Below, piece after piece: positions 23,601 to 38,600 of a stretch of DNA of 64,000 nucleotides. The DNA lies in NCBI GenBank assembly GCA_965153285.1, contig OZ229112.1; one strand, written 5' to 3'. The notes beneath the pieces are model-generated. The model searched no databases. It was not told where the DNA came from and saw nothing but the letters and a program-made list of their open reading frames with translations. Within the stretch, counting starts at the first letter, position 1; every line of letters begins with the position of its first letter. A program made the position numbers and the translations under genes. This DNA comes from Podarcis tiliguerta (Eukaryota).

Positions 23601-26600
23601 GTGAAACACAGCAGCACTGTCTGACTGCTGTTAAGTCTTTTTGGTTGTCATTGATATAAGGTGGGGCATCAAGATAGCCTCATGCATGAGAATATGGCAT
23701 TACAATGAAAATTCCTTAGATTTTTTATTTTTTCCCCTACTGATATAGCACCACATTCTATGTATGTCCTGCCCAAAAGCAATTATGGGAAGGGTTCAGT
23801 GAATTAAGGAGAGAAAGTCCTGCTATATGAGTGGGATTCTTCTTGTGGTGCTCTACATCCTGGTCATTGAAATTGTATTCTGTGGTTTTTTTTTCCTATT
23901 CCTTAGATCTCTGTATTGATTCCTCTTCTGGAAAATGGAGAATTGTTGATTCCTGGGCGAAGTGACTGTATAAAAGTAGCTCCTGGGTTCCATCTTTTTG
24001 CAACGAGAAGGTAGACTGTGTAGCTTTGTTAACACAAGGAAAACTCTTAGCACATGAATCCTTTTGGCAGTGACTAGACAATAGTCATATATATAGGAAT
24101 GGGGGGGGGGGAATCCAGTATTTAAATTGTGTGCATATATAAAGGTGACATGATTTTTTAATTATAAGTATGTGGGCACTCCTTTGCTATTTCTTTTGCA
24201 ATTTTCCATACTAAGAAATAGAAAATTATCTCCTGGAAAATGATAGTTAGGAGCGTGAGATTATTTTGAAACCTAATACAACTTTCCCCTGGAATATAAG
24301 TGAAAACTAAGCTTGATAAGAGGAATTACCAAGCAGCCATAAGGAAGCCATTATCACTTGGCCGTAATCTGTAATATGCAGATAATATTGTCCTGTCTTT
24401 ACGCTTATTGACATTATACATGTATGAAGTGCTTTGCACATAGAACGTGCTTGTTGTCGTTTTGCTTAGCCTGCGGGATACAGCTGCCCTATAAGCAATT
24501 ACTTAGCATTTCATTATTTAAAGACTGTAAAGTGGAAGAATGACAATTGGACAATTGTAGATGGTGAATTCATGTTTCTTGTATTGATGATGTTGGGACT
24601 TTGACTCCCTTAGCTGGTTGTGGAACTGCAGTGCAGGAGCCTTACAGAACCCTTGAACGTATTCTGTTCTGCACTATAATACTTCTAATGCTTCAATTAA
24701 CTTGTTCTTTGATTTTTAATCTAGACTCTTCAGTTATGGTGGTGGTTGGTACAAACAGCAAAACAGCCATGCTGCTCTTCTAGATAAATACTGGACAAAA
24801 ATTAAGCTGAATAATATGCCTAAAGTTGAACTCAGAGAGGTAAATGGTATCAGAAAGAGAACTCTTACTTTGTGAACTGATGTCGAAGTGTTTTCATTTA
24901 AAAACAAATGAAATTAGTCCTAATTTTTGTAGAAGAGGTTGAAACTGTGTCCGTTCCATTTTCCCCACATGGCTGTGAGAAGTTTAGAAGCATCTGTGTT
25001 TGGTTAACCATGATTTCTTGTGTTGTCCGAGCCAAAAAACTGGGAGGGAGTTAGTCTCGTTTACATCTCACCAAACCATAGTTTAGCATGATGTCCAAAC
25101 ACAATCCTTGACATGAAAGAAGTTTGTATCCATTCCATAATGGAATGCTTGCTGCTTTGTGCTTCTGCAAGAGGAACAGATTGACGTTGCTGGATTGACT
25201 TAACCCAACTGTCTAGCTATGACTTCATCTTAAATTGTTATTGCCATTTCCTCAGCGTAGTATAGCCTGCAGGTTTCCCATATGCATCTTGTTGGCCACA
25301 GTGAGAACAAAAAACCTGGACTAGATGGGCCATTTGCCCAATCCACCAGGTTCATCTTACTGACTGACATTTCTATCTAGCAAATGAAGCCTAAGATAAA
25401 TTAAGAACATTACTGTATTTTACAGTGTAATTGTCATGCAAAGAAATTTTCCTTTAAGAGAATTTCAAAGTAAAATTTGATGGCAGGCACTACCCCATGG
25501 GACCAGTCCAGGCAATTGTGCAGGCTGTAAATGTATCAAATCTCTGGATTTTAAGACCATTGTCTGCATAGACAAAACTCAGTGAGTTATATAATCCTTG
25601 GAACACTGTAAAATATTTACTTCGGCTAATGTTATTTTGTTTTTCAGATTCTTCAGAGGAGGTATCCTAAACTTGCTGTAGTAATTGATCGCTTGTTAGA
25701 GATTTATGTTGAGCTTACTGGTGATAAACATCTCTTGCAAAGCCATATCACAGACGATGAGAACGTAATGGAAGACGCATCACACTTAACCGAAAACAAA
25801 AAAAGCCTGAGCTTAGAAGGCAGAGAGTTATCTCTGAGGTATTTTAATATGCAATTAAGCTGATGGATATTTGAGTTTGGGGGAGGCAAATTATCTTTGG
25901 ACTACTGCTCTCTAGTGTGTTGGAGGCCATTTGCTCTGTTCTTAATTGAAATTCCTAGTGAGAAGGCATTAATTGAATGAAAATGTGGTGAGTTGGCGCT
26001 TAAAAAAAATAGCCATGCAATTAATGAAGCGAGACTAGCACTTTTAGCAGTGTGCAGCTGAGGAAAGTTAAATGATGGACTACTGTTGAGCTGCTTCACA
26101 TCACTTATTTTCTTGTGTTAGGGACTTGCTGAATTGGTGCAACAGGATCGCTTACAACTTTGATAGTTCTTCTTCCTCTACTGCACTGAATATTTTTCAT
26201 GAGGTACGTGTCAAACTGTTCCTTGTTTTTTAGAGTGACGTTGACCTATTCCTTAAAATGTAAAAACCAGGTTGCATTTGGAATATGAACAGGGGGCTGG
26301 TTCTGGTGTTAGAAATTTTCCTTGAGGGTCGATCTAACTAGACCTGCTGCTTCACAATGGGGGATTCACAGGAATGGTTGCATAAATCACACTAGGAAGA
26401 GGCAGCTGTCGTTGGGGACATGCCAGGTCCCACAGCTGTTACACCAGGAATTCCATTATGAAGAGAGCTGAAATGTCTGAATTGGCTCGTCCTCTTGTTT
26501 TCCTCGTGGAGACATACTAGCGATACATTGCATGAAGCTCAGTTGTATATTTTGACTACAGTGAACTCAAGTATGGAAGAAAAGTAGAACCTCTGATTAA

Positions 26601-29600
26601 ATATTAAATTAGCTTGAATTCTCTCTCTCTCTCTTTCTCTTTCTCTCTCTCTGTCTCTCTCTCCCTCCTGCCACTCTACTTTGACAGGCGTTGGATTGTT
26701 TCACAGCTATGCTGTCCAAGCAAGGAAGTAGACTGAAGATGGCAGAAATCATTGGAAGCCAACTGAACATTTCCAAGCATAAGGTAGTCATAAGGAAGAG
26801 TTCGCACACATACTGCATTGTGTAACAAATACCCCTTTTGTCAAGGAGGAAAAAAATAGTTTCATGTCTCTTTCACTGCCAAGAAATAATTAAATGATCT
26901 AACTGGATAGTGCCCACTCTTGTTTTTCTTCTGAAAGAAGAGAGCCACATGTAACATGGCTGAAATTGGGTGTAGGGATCATGCACATCGCCACTGGTGC
27001 AAGATCCCATTGCCTGATTTGAGGCAGCAGCTTCCCTCCTGCTGCAACCATAGGCTTCACTAGGAGGCACCCAACCCTTTGGAGGGGAAAAGTGGCTGCA
27101 GGGGGGAGCAGCAGCAGGAGGAGGAGGAGTGAAAAAGAAAGTTTGGTTGCATGAGCTGACTTCTGTTCATGTAACAACTGAATACAGCCCAAAGGCCTTG
27201 TTCTCACATCACCATAGTTAATAGTTCACTGTAACCATGGTGATCTTGGTCATTTGAATCCTGTCCACTCACACTTGGAGGAAGCAAGTGTTACATTCAA
27301 ATGAGGCGTCATAGTTTGTTTTGTTCCCGGCAAATTACTGTAGCTAAGGTTGTTCTTGATTTGCTGATCATGGTTTGAAGCAAAGCAAACCATGGCCTCT
27401 GGTTTGGACATAATGCTAAGCAGGGACTGTGGTCTGTCTGCTCCCTGCTATCATGAGGAGAGGGGGGGAAACATACAACCCAGAAATGCACATTCACAAT
27501 AAACTATTTACTATTCCTTACTGTGATGTGCAAACTAGACTTGTGTCTTAACTTTCAGTTGTACAGTGGTACCTCGGGTTGCATACGCTTCAGGTTACAT
27601 ACGCTTCAGGTTACAGACTCCGCTAACCCAGAAATAGTACCTTGGGTTAAGAACTTTGCTTCAGGATGAGAACAGAAATCGTACTCAGGTGGCGCGGCAG
27701 CAGCAGGAGGCCCCATTAGCTAAAGTGGTGCTTCAGGATAAGAACAGTTTCAGGTTAAGAACAGACCTCCGGAACAAATTAAGTACTTAACCCGAGGTAC
27801 CACTGTATTGCACAACTGCATATGGCATCATATGTTTCTTTTTAGTAAGCTGAGTTCAGTATGTATGCTCTTTATTTATTTACTCTAGACTGAATACTAC
27901 TGTCAACTTTACAAACCAGAAATTGCAATAAGGGAGCAAGAGGTCTCTGTGGGAAGAGTCCAGCTCTTACGGAAGCAAATTCATGCGCTTCTTGTGCAAA
28001 GGTATTGATGTGTTTGTTTGTTTGTTTGTTTGTTTATATTTTAAAATTACTAAGCCACCCTTCAACCAGATGGCTTACAGGTTGATGTACAATAGTGCAC
28101 TTTTTAAATGTGCTTGTAACTTTAAAATTCCGTGCCAGCATTTTTAATGATGTCTCATTTAGGTGTTTTTTTGAAACCTGGTAATAGAGAGAGATTATAT
28201 TTGTAGAATTAGTGAATCAAATGCACTTGGAGATGCTTAGCACATAGCATTAGAGTATTGCTAACAGAAGATTTTACCCTTTCCTGTATTCGCAGAAAAA
28301 AGCAGACCTTTGCTCCCACACGTCCATCATCTGTATTAATTGAGCAGCTGGCTGTGTGTGTCGACAAAGGAGAGCCTGTCTTGTTGGTGGGTGAAACGGG
28401 GACAGGCAAAACATCTACTGTTCAATACCTGGCCCACATTACAGGTAAAATGTAGTATAACACGGGGACTTTGACCAGGATTCTAGAAAAGGTTTGAGAA
28501 GCGCTTCAGTGTGTTTTCTGTGTTTTGTTTCTTCAAGGACACCGTTTGAGGGTTATCAACATGAATCAGCAGAGTGATACTGCAGATCTCCTAGGGGGGT
28601 GAGTGTCTAATAATTCTGCAAATTGCTGTTGACAACTGCATCAACAAATCATTTGTTTCACTCGATCCATGAGTTCAGATCTTGTATTTAGTAGACGTGT
28701 GCATTGGCCCCATTCATAAGAAAATAGAGAAACATATGGCAAAAAGAAAAGTACATAGAGCAACATGAAATGGGGTGTGGGATTCCATGGATGGAATACA
28801 AGGAAGTAGAACAAGGAAAAGGGAATGTTCAGTCTTGGGGCAGGGAGAGATGTTGGGATGAGTGGTGCCATGTAGCTGTGGGATGAAATTTTTGACATTT
28901 TGTGTACCTGGGGAAAAAAAAGGGTAAGTTCTCTTATATGTTTCAGCCGGTCTCTAATTTTCAACATGTTCAAGTCATCTGTTTAGTAATGGTGTGCAGG
29001 GGCCACCAGATTCACCTTTTATCTGTTATCAGATCCGCTGAGGCTGGTTTGATTTTCACCTTGTCCGATCGTACTGAGCCTGATCTTGCCACATGTCGCT
29101 GCCGGAGTTTTCAGTTAACACGTTACTGTTTGCCCAATTTACAGCTATAAGCCAGTGGATAACAAACTGATTTGGTTGCCCTTGCGAGAGTCTTTTGAGG
29201 AGCTTTTTGCACAGACGTTTTCCAGGAAACAAAACCAGACTTTCTTGGGGCACATCCAGACATGTTACAGACAGAAGCGCTGGCATGATCTTCTCAAGCT
29301 GATGCAGCATGTACACAAATCTGCCATTAATAAGGAAGCTAAAGAAAGTGGTAAGACTTCCAAGTTCTTAAAATGGGCTTCTGTTTGAGGACGGGCAGGG
29401 TAGAAATCAAATAAATAAAACGAGAGATTTAAGCAGAACTTGCATTCTTAAAGTTGGGTGGACTGTGCTTCAGTGTACATTTGGCAAGGGAGATACAGTG
29501 GTACCTCTGGTTACAAACACCTTGGGTTACAAACACTTCGGGTTATAGACTCCACTAACCCAGAAGTAGTACCTCGGGTTAAGAACTTTACCTCAGGATG

Positions 29601-32600
29601 AGAACAGAAATCGCATGGTGGCGGCAGCGGGAGGCCCCGTTAGCTAAAGTGGTTCCTCAGGTTAGGAACGGTTTCAGGTTAAGAACGGATCTCTGGAACA
29701 AATTAAGTTCGTAACCAGAGGTACCACTGTAATAGGTGTGATTTTTCTCTAGAATTCAAATATGGAGAGATCAGCAGTAGACGGAAAAAAGCAACTTTTC
29801 TGCAGTAGAAAATAGCATTTTCTGATACATGAGCCAATAGCATTCCTGAAGCTTAGTGGGTGTGGAACTGGTCAGTGGCTTGGGTGGGAGATGCTTGGGA
29901 GTCACAGTTAAGCCTTCCTGAACTATTTAATGAACAGTTAGATAAAAGGACAGAAAGAATTTAACATTCTCACTCATCATCTTTGACTGAAGAGGTGAAG
30001 GTCTTGTTAAAGTTGTACAAACTTTATCCCAGCCTAATAATAATATAAGCTTGACTGCATTTTAAAGGGGAAAGGGGGGAAGGCTATTGTTTTGTTTGTT
30101 ACTATGATACGTATTTTTGTGTTTTCATGTTGTAAACTATCCTATGGTCCTCAGTTGACAGGCAGTGTAGAAATTTAATAAATAAATAAAGATAAAAATA
30201 AGATACTGCTCTGAAGTGGAAAGAGATACTGTTTACGTAACTAGCCTCCTAAGGCTGAATCCAGATGTATTCAATAAAGATAACAGATTTGTGAGCATTA
30301 CTTTGCTTAAACAGAGGAGGTGATTGTATATGCATTACAAATGACTGGAGCATTACTTGACCTCAAACATTACTTGGGTCCAATGAATTCCAACTCATTC
30401 AGTTCATTCATTTTAATGTCCCTGTTCTGCTAGTAGGATTTAAATTGCATAAAATCACTGGTCTAAAGCTGATTGTTGGAATAACTGGACTTCTACCTCA
30501 GTTTACACTATTCTCTTTGGAGCGGTTTATGTTATATTCAGAGTTGTTTTGCACTATGACAAATTCTATTACGTGATTTCATGAACTTGAATGTTTTTAT
30601 CTTATCCTACGTTTACTATAACTTGCCTTTTTTTTTTGTAGGCTCACCATTGAAGGAAAAGTGGGAAGAACTTGGTATCCGCTTAGACCATGCAAAACAA
30701 CAGATGAAGATGACAGAAAATGCTCTAGTTTTTGCATTTGTAGAGGTAGTCCTTTTGTGCAAAAGAGCATATTTGTCCATAAGATGCATATGAAAGTTAC
30801 TTTATTAAAATAAAGTTGCAGCTGCAGTTTGTTAAAGGTGCTGGGAATTACAGATCTGTGAGGGGTAAACTGCAGTTCCCAGGATTCTTTGGAGGAAGCA
30901 GTGTGCTTTCAAATGTGTGATGTGGATCACACACACACACACACACACACAGTTTCTGGTTTTTTTGCCTGTGGAGGTGGTCATTTGATTTCAGGCTAGC
31001 CAGGTTTCACTTAATGTCCTTGTGTGATGAGCACCTTTACTCCCCTTAGTCTTGGCTGAAAAATGAAGGTGAAATAGATTTCCTCTGCAAGTCAGGAAGA
31101 ATGAGTCCTCATTGAGGAAAAAAGTGAATGTTGCAAAGGGTTTGCTGCTAGGTAAAAAAAAAGTAGGTACAACTAGAAACACTTTGGAAAGGTTTGCAGA
31201 TATTTAACAGTTATAGAGTAAGAGTAGTTAATTAAATGAGGAGCTTCCACCCCACCAGCTTGCTTAAAAACAATGTAAAAGATGGAATTCTGCTTATACC
31301 ACTAGAATTATCTGGTCCCTCTGACTATGAATGCAGTTTTCAAAACATAGTCCAAATAGAGGGCAGCACCAGATGCCTATCAAATGCTGATTTTGAGTCT
31401 TTTTGTCTTTTTTTAGGGCACCTTGGCACAAGCAGTGAAAAAAGGAGAATGGATTCTACTAGATGAGATCAATTTGGCAGCAGCAGAAACTTTAGAGTGT
31501 CTGAGTGGTTTACTTGAAGGATTATCTGGTTCACTGATATTACTGGATAGAGGAGACACAGGTATTGTTTTTGTTTTTTGTTGCAGTAAGTTTTCCTGTT
31601 CTGCAGTGGTTTATTTTTTCAGTTCCTTTTTTTTAAAAAAATGAGAGGTTGAAATTAATGGTTTCAAGTCATCTAAGTTCATTGACCCACAGATGAGCAT
31701 ATAAAGATGTGACCCAGAAGCAAATTATTAGGAATGTAGATGAAATAAACTCAAGAAATTTGAGTATATAATCCACAATATAATCACCATTACGAAGAAT
31801 TGTAAAAAAGAAGATTATATTATTCATAAAGGAGGTGCTGATCACTAAATATCCAAGCCCTTTATTTCTGAAGCTCATAGAGCCTAATTAATTTCTTTGC
31901 ACTATATCTTGTAAACTTTTTCACACCTAGGTCACCCTCTGCACAGTCACATAAACCCCGTGGGTCAACGTTGAGCACTTTAGGAAGCCCTGTAAACTGA
32001 TAGCTGAAAAACTCATATCTGAATAATACTATCTTTTCACTCTTTTGATTCCCGATAACTTAAGAGATTAGCATGTGAGAGTTTTCTCCTGAAGAAGAAA
32101 ATTGCAGTTCATTGTCCATGCTGTTCCTTAGCTTGAAGAATAGCAAGTCCCAGAGGACTATGAAAAAAGACCCTTTTGTTTGCTAAGATAGAAGATGTCG
32201 TTTTCATCTTTGCTTTTAAGGATAGCTTTCTCTGAAGTTTGAGAGTAGGTTTTCACCAGCTAGGACAACCAATTGGCCGTGTATGAGTTTTTCTGTTTGC
32301 TTCTCGAACTTCTGTTTTTAATTTTCCTTAAATGGCTGTTTCATGCTTTCTTGTTTGTATGCTTCATTTGTTTTTATGGGGCCAAACAGCACTGCAATTT
32401 GTTGGTTGTGCATTTTTTTCCTTGTAGAGCCCCTGGTACGTCATTCAAATTTTCGTTTGTTTGCCTGCATGAACCCAGCTACTGATGTTGGCAAAAGAAA
32501 CCTCCCTCCAGGAATACGGAACAGGTAGATACAGAATGTACATTTTTACAAAACCATTTTAAAGCTGAGAACAACTTGTAGCTCTTGAGGTGTTTGGCTT

Positions 32601-35600
32601 GCAGTAGCCTAGAATGTTGTACTTCTTTTGGTCTGTGTTGCATACATCTCTGATTGGCATGCAGTGTCTTAGGGATATGAGGGACCTGTGGCCAGCCAGT
32701 TTGTATTAAGACTCTTAACTCCCCAAGCTCATCCTTGCTATAGCTGAAGCATGCTGGTGAGCTGCTATGTTGCAAAATACCTTTTGCTGCCAATCTCAGG
32801 AATAATAAACGTTGCACATTCTCTTTGAGAGCTGCAGTTGTCTTCAAGTGTCCTTTATGTCATCAGATTCAGAGTTGGATACTAGAATTATATAGTGGTC
32901 TCATGGGAAAGATAAAAGGGAAATGATCTACATTGCTCCGTTGGCCATCTTCTGATTGTCAGCATTACATGTTAGCTACAAAACAGCTGGATAAAAGGCT
33001 GGTTGGGCATATGAGTGGATTTTATGCTCACTTTGATCTTTCATAGCCCATGCAGTCCAAATTAGCTAGGCAAGCAAGAGCTGATGGCAGCTTGTCAAGT
33101 GTTCATTAAGCACTAAATTCTGCAGTTGCACTTTCATTTCCCCACTGAATTTCTCAACAGGTTTTGACTTATGGACAGTGTGACATCAGTGACAAATGCA
33201 TGGTGTTATCACTGCCCCTGCAGAGCTCAAAATAATTCAGCAGAAATATCATAGAAAACCCAATACCCTAGGTTTGAGTGTATAGCAGATGAAAGGATGC
33301 CAAAATTTACCTATGATAAAAGGTCTGCATTTTTCCAGAAACAACTAATGTTCAGATAAGCCAACAGAAGAGCAATTTAAACATTTTTGCATGTTTTAAA
33401 ATGTTTTATTTTTTAATTTCTAATGGTATGTTTTAACTTTTGGGGTTGTATTCAGTGTAGCTCTAAGTAGTGCTTTGTGTGAGAAGAATGACTTCTGCTT
33501 GCATGGCAGGGCATCTCTCCCCCTTCCTCTGTGTGCCCCCTAATCTGTTCTGGGGTTTCCCCAACCTTCTAGAAAGGTTTGGGGATGGCGGGGGCAGTGC
33601 TCCAAGACCAAAGGCAGATGTTTTCCTAAGCTTGCTACCTGACTCCTTTTTAATTACAGCTCTTGGGGGTTGACCCTGGGACCTTCTGCATGCTGAATTA
33701 TGTGATTTCTAAGTAATCTGCAAGCTTTCACCGAATGTTACTCTATTACTAGTCTTTAATTCAGTACATTTGTAATTGGTTGTGATGTTGACAGGCAAGG
33801 GGCTGTGATCAAATATCAGACTTTGGTATCAATAAGCAGACAGGTGTTTTACAATGTAATGTCGTCTTGTAGGTTCACAGAACTTTACGTAGAAGAATTA
33901 CAAAATGAAGGAGACTTGCAGATTCTTATCATGGATTATCTCAAAGGGCTGAATGTGAGCAAGAGCGTAGTGCAAGGGATCGTAAAGTAAGTTTTTGATG
34001 AACAGAAATTACTGTATAAATTGTAAGATTTGATAAGAGAGTCTTTGGGAAAGTTTTGTTGTATTTAACTTGTAGCAGTCCTTTTTTCTGGGGGGGGGGG
34101 TGCAGGGGTACGCATACCCCTAAACATTTTGTGAATCTAAGTTTGGCCTCATTAAGGCGCAGTATTTCAATATGAGTAGGAAAATGAGGGTACCCCTAAA
34201 CATTTTTTAAGAAGAAAAAACACTGACTTGTAGTGTGGTATTTCTGAAATGGGGGTAGTTAACCTGTGGTCCTCAGAAGTTGCTGCACTGCATCTCCTAT
34301 CAATCCTGACCTTTGGATACACAGGCTGAAAGTGATGGGAATTCAGAGTTCAGATTGCGCTTTTCTGCCTTTTGAACTTCCTCTATGAGTTGCCATTTCT
34401 TTGAGCTCATTACAGTTCAGAACGTCAAATAATTTATTTAAATTGTGCACCAGATTCCAGATGTGCATCCCACTTGCTTTCCCTGTTTTTACTAAATGAG
34501 TGTGAGCTCCACTCCCTGAGTGTCATTGTCTTAGCAAATGTCACTGTCAGTCAAGATATATGGGTTTTCCCCTGCTTTTCTAAGCCCCAATATTTGAATA
34601 AATTTTAATCAGAAGCCTTGAGTATTTCAATTTTATTCTACATTAGTGTAACATGGATGCCCTCTTCTCTCTGACAGTGATTCAGAAGTTCATTCTAACT
34701 CTTAACTCCTGAAATTTCTGAGGAATTTTCCTGTTTGAAGACTTAATTTCTTCAGAAAACTATTATTGGATAATGTATTACACCACTTTATTTTCCATGG
34801 CTGGGGTGAGATTAATATGAAGGGGAAAGAATTTATTTTTAACCACTGTTTTTAATATTTTGGCTATCTTAAATACCTAAATTATCAATAATTTTAATGT
34901 TATATTTTATAAAATGCTTACAGGTTTCTTTGAGTTTTGTTAAATAGATACATCTGAATATTTAGGGACTATCTCATAGAGGGCCTCACTCTGTATATAC
35001 TGCAACACACGACTCCAATTTCTATGAGTGGTGTGAGATTCCAGAGGTCCCATACATGATAAACCCAGGATTTGTGTTTCCTTTTGGAAAAATGGGGCAC
35101 AGTAGAGCCTGTGGTGTTTTTATGATATATGGTTTATTTATGCATATATACAACATGAAGCCTAAAAGGAGGAGAATCTGAGCATTACACCCATACAGAT
35201 GGTCCCTTGCTCTTTCATAGCTGTGCTCCACTTCTAGGCAAGGGAACATTTTGGCTTAGCACAGACATTTAGAATTGAGCTTTTATTTTATGGCAGTTTC
35301 CTCTAACCTGGTGCATTCCAGGTTGTTGTTGTTGTTTTTACACTGCATCTCCCATCATATCTGTTGGCCAAGCTGACTGGGAGTTGTGGGAGTTGTAGTC
35401 CTTCACCAGATATTCTGGAAGACTGATATGTGATATATAGACTGAGCCTTACCTGGGTTGGTTATCAACGATACGGAGTGAAGAATTATTCAATCTTGAA
35501 GGGGAGAATATTTATTCAGGAAAAGGAACTCTGCAGCACATTGAGGTATCAAGCCCCTAGATAAATTACCTCCTGTTAATATGGTAGAAAAATGAGTGTA

Positions 35601-38600
35601 ATACATGAAAAATATGCTTCATATAAATAACCCTTTGCTTCTGCAGCTTTTATTTGTCTGTGAGGAAGGAGTGTGAAACAAAACTGGTAGATGGGACAGG
35701 CCACAGACCTCATTACAGCCTTCGTACTCTCTGCAGAGCTTTGAGATTTGCATCATCCAACCCATGCTGTAGCATACAGCGCTCTCTTTATGAGGTGACT
35801 ATCTTTGTTCTCTGTTCCTAAAACTTCCTTCTCTCTTCCCTTTTGTCTTTAGATAAAGAGAGAGAGAAATTCTCTGGCGTTAGCAATTAAAATCTCTTTG
35901 AAACTAGCTACTTTAAAAAAAACCAAATCTGTTTTCTTCTCAATAGGGCTTTTGCTTGGGTTTCCTCACCCAGCTTGACAGAAGTTCTTACCCTGTTGTT
36001 CAAAGGCTAATATGTCAGCATATTCTGTCTGGAAATGTGAAAAACATCCTCAAGCAGGCAAGTAAATTCTTATTATTTGTGTGTGTGTGTGTGTGTGTGT
36101 GTATGGAATTGTTCTCAGTTTGAGTTCTCCCCTCCTCCTCAGAATTTTTTTTTGGGTATGACATAAAATACATAAAACAGAACAAAACTCAATTTGAATT
36201 CTGAGTTTAATTTTACTCACCCTGGATTAAATCAGGGGTTTCCCATTTTCACCTGGAAGATTGCATTCTGTTTGCTGAATGGTCTGACATTAATCAAAGC
36301 CTCTCGCTTGGAGGAAGGTGGGAGACCATTGTTCCTGATCTCATCTGCGCACACCCTAGCAGTACCTTTCACACTGTTTTCAAAAGTCCCCCAACCATCT
36401 GGACGGGTCTGCAGGAGAAAGTGGAAATTGACAAAATACTCCCTCCCCACCCCACCCAATCCCCATAGGAGCACCCTATAAGTGAAATCCCACTTACGGG
36501 AATGCTGAATCCATGTAAGGTTTGGAAATACATTGGCTTAGATCTAGAGTTCATTCCTGCTGATGGAAAGGTGAGAAGGTGACTTTTTCCAGTTCCCCTT
36601 CCTTCTGCATTTGGAAATATTGTTCAGTTTGTTGGGGCTGTTTCTAGAATTGTGTGAAAGGTGATTTGGGGGGGGGGTGCAGGATGAAGGGAAAATAATA
36701 AAAAAAACACCTTTCATCCTCTTCTGCCAGTGAGATGCTGCCTGCTAGATCAGAAACGTTCCATGAATGGAAAGAGTCCTTCTGTTCTCAGAGGGAGTCT
36801 AACGCATTGTGTTAATATATCCCTCCTCCCAGGTGTAGACTCTGTGCTTGCTTGGTGGATTATACCATAACCAGAGCGTGATAAATCTTCTGCATCTCAC
36901 ATATGAAGGAAATACCACATGTATTATGGTGTTCTAAGACTGTGTTGCTTAGCTAAACAAAGAACATTGCTATTATGCGGAGATAGCAGTTCATAACATA
37001 AACTGGTTTTGTTTCTGTAATGTCATTCTAGTCGTTACCAGAGCCTAAAGGAGGGAGAATGATTAAGGTAGAGGGATACTGGATTTCGATTGGCGACATG
37101 GAACCAACTGTGGATGAGACTTATGTGCTCACAGCTTCAGTTAAACTTAACCTCAGAGACATCGTCAGAGTTGTATCAGCTGGGTATGTTGGACTTCAGC
37201 TGTACCATTTGCTGGAGGAACCGTATAACACGACAATTAAGAAGCACAAATACTGTTGTCAGTTGTGCCTAGTTTTGACTTGTTTATTCTGAACTTCAGC
37301 AAATTTTTCTTTTTTATCACACAACACAACAGGAAGCCCAATTCTCATTTCTAGAAGTGCCCTTAATCAGTATATGTTGTAAAAAGACCTTGAAGCCAAT
37401 CAGGTACAGTGGTACCTCAGTTTACGAACATAATCCATTCCAGAAGTCCATTCTTAAATCAAAACCATTCTAAGACCGAGGCGCTTTTTCCCTAATGAGG
37501 TCTCCCACTGCCGGTGCCTTCCACCGTTCAGCTTCCATTCTTAGGTAAAGTTCACAAACCGGGACACTACTTCCAGTTTTGTGGAGTTTGTAAACCGAAT
37601 AGTTTGTAAACAGGGTTGTTCCTAAATGGAGGTACCACTGTAGCTTCTAATAGTAGTAGTAGTAGTAATAATAATAATAATAATAATAATAATTAATAGC
37701 TATAGTAATAATTCACCACCATAGAACACAATATCCAACTTGGCTGTTTTCTAATTATTTAAGGACCTATCCAGTGTTGATTCAAGGAGACACATCCATT
37801 GGTAAAACCAGTTTAATACGCTGGGTGGCTGCTGCAACCGGGAACCATTGTGTTAGGATTAACAATCATGAACATACTGACATACAAGAGTACATTGGCT
37901 GTTATACTTCAGATCCATCTGGGAAGCTGATATTTAAGGAAGGTAGGACTTTGATTATTACCTCAGTCACTCAGTGTTTCCTTGCCAGCTGGCTCTCCTA
38001 CTTGCTCAAACAGATGCTTGCCTGGCTTGCCTCAAGTGGGCAACTCATTTATTTCTTTTTTTCTGTAAATGCTTCATAGGTGTCCTCATTGATGCTATGC
38101 GAAAGGGCTACTGGATAATCCTGGATGAACTCAACCTGGCACCCACTGATGTTTTGGAGGCCCTGAACAGATTATTGGATGACAACAGAGAGCTGTTCAT
38201 AACAGAAACCCAAGAAACAGTCAAAGCTGACCCAAGATTCATGCTCTTTGCTACACAGAATCCTCCAGGGCTCTATGGAGGCAGGAAGGTACATACATAG
38301 TTTCCTCAGGTGAAGCTGGCTTTCTTTTGATACTGCTATTTACACGTACACTCCACCATTTTTTCAAGGACCTTATGGTGGCATATGTGATTTCTCTCTT
38401 TCACCTTAGTCCTGTGCGGTAGGTTAGGCTGAGTGATAGTTTGAGTGAAAGACTGTCCTAGGATCACCAAGTGAGCTTTATAACTAAGTGGTGAGTTGAA
38501 CCTGAGTCTTCGCCACTCCTAGTCAAATGCTCTAGTCTTTGTAGCATATCCAGAACCAATAGTGAAATCAGTCTACAAGTTGCCAGTCCAAAATGGTACC

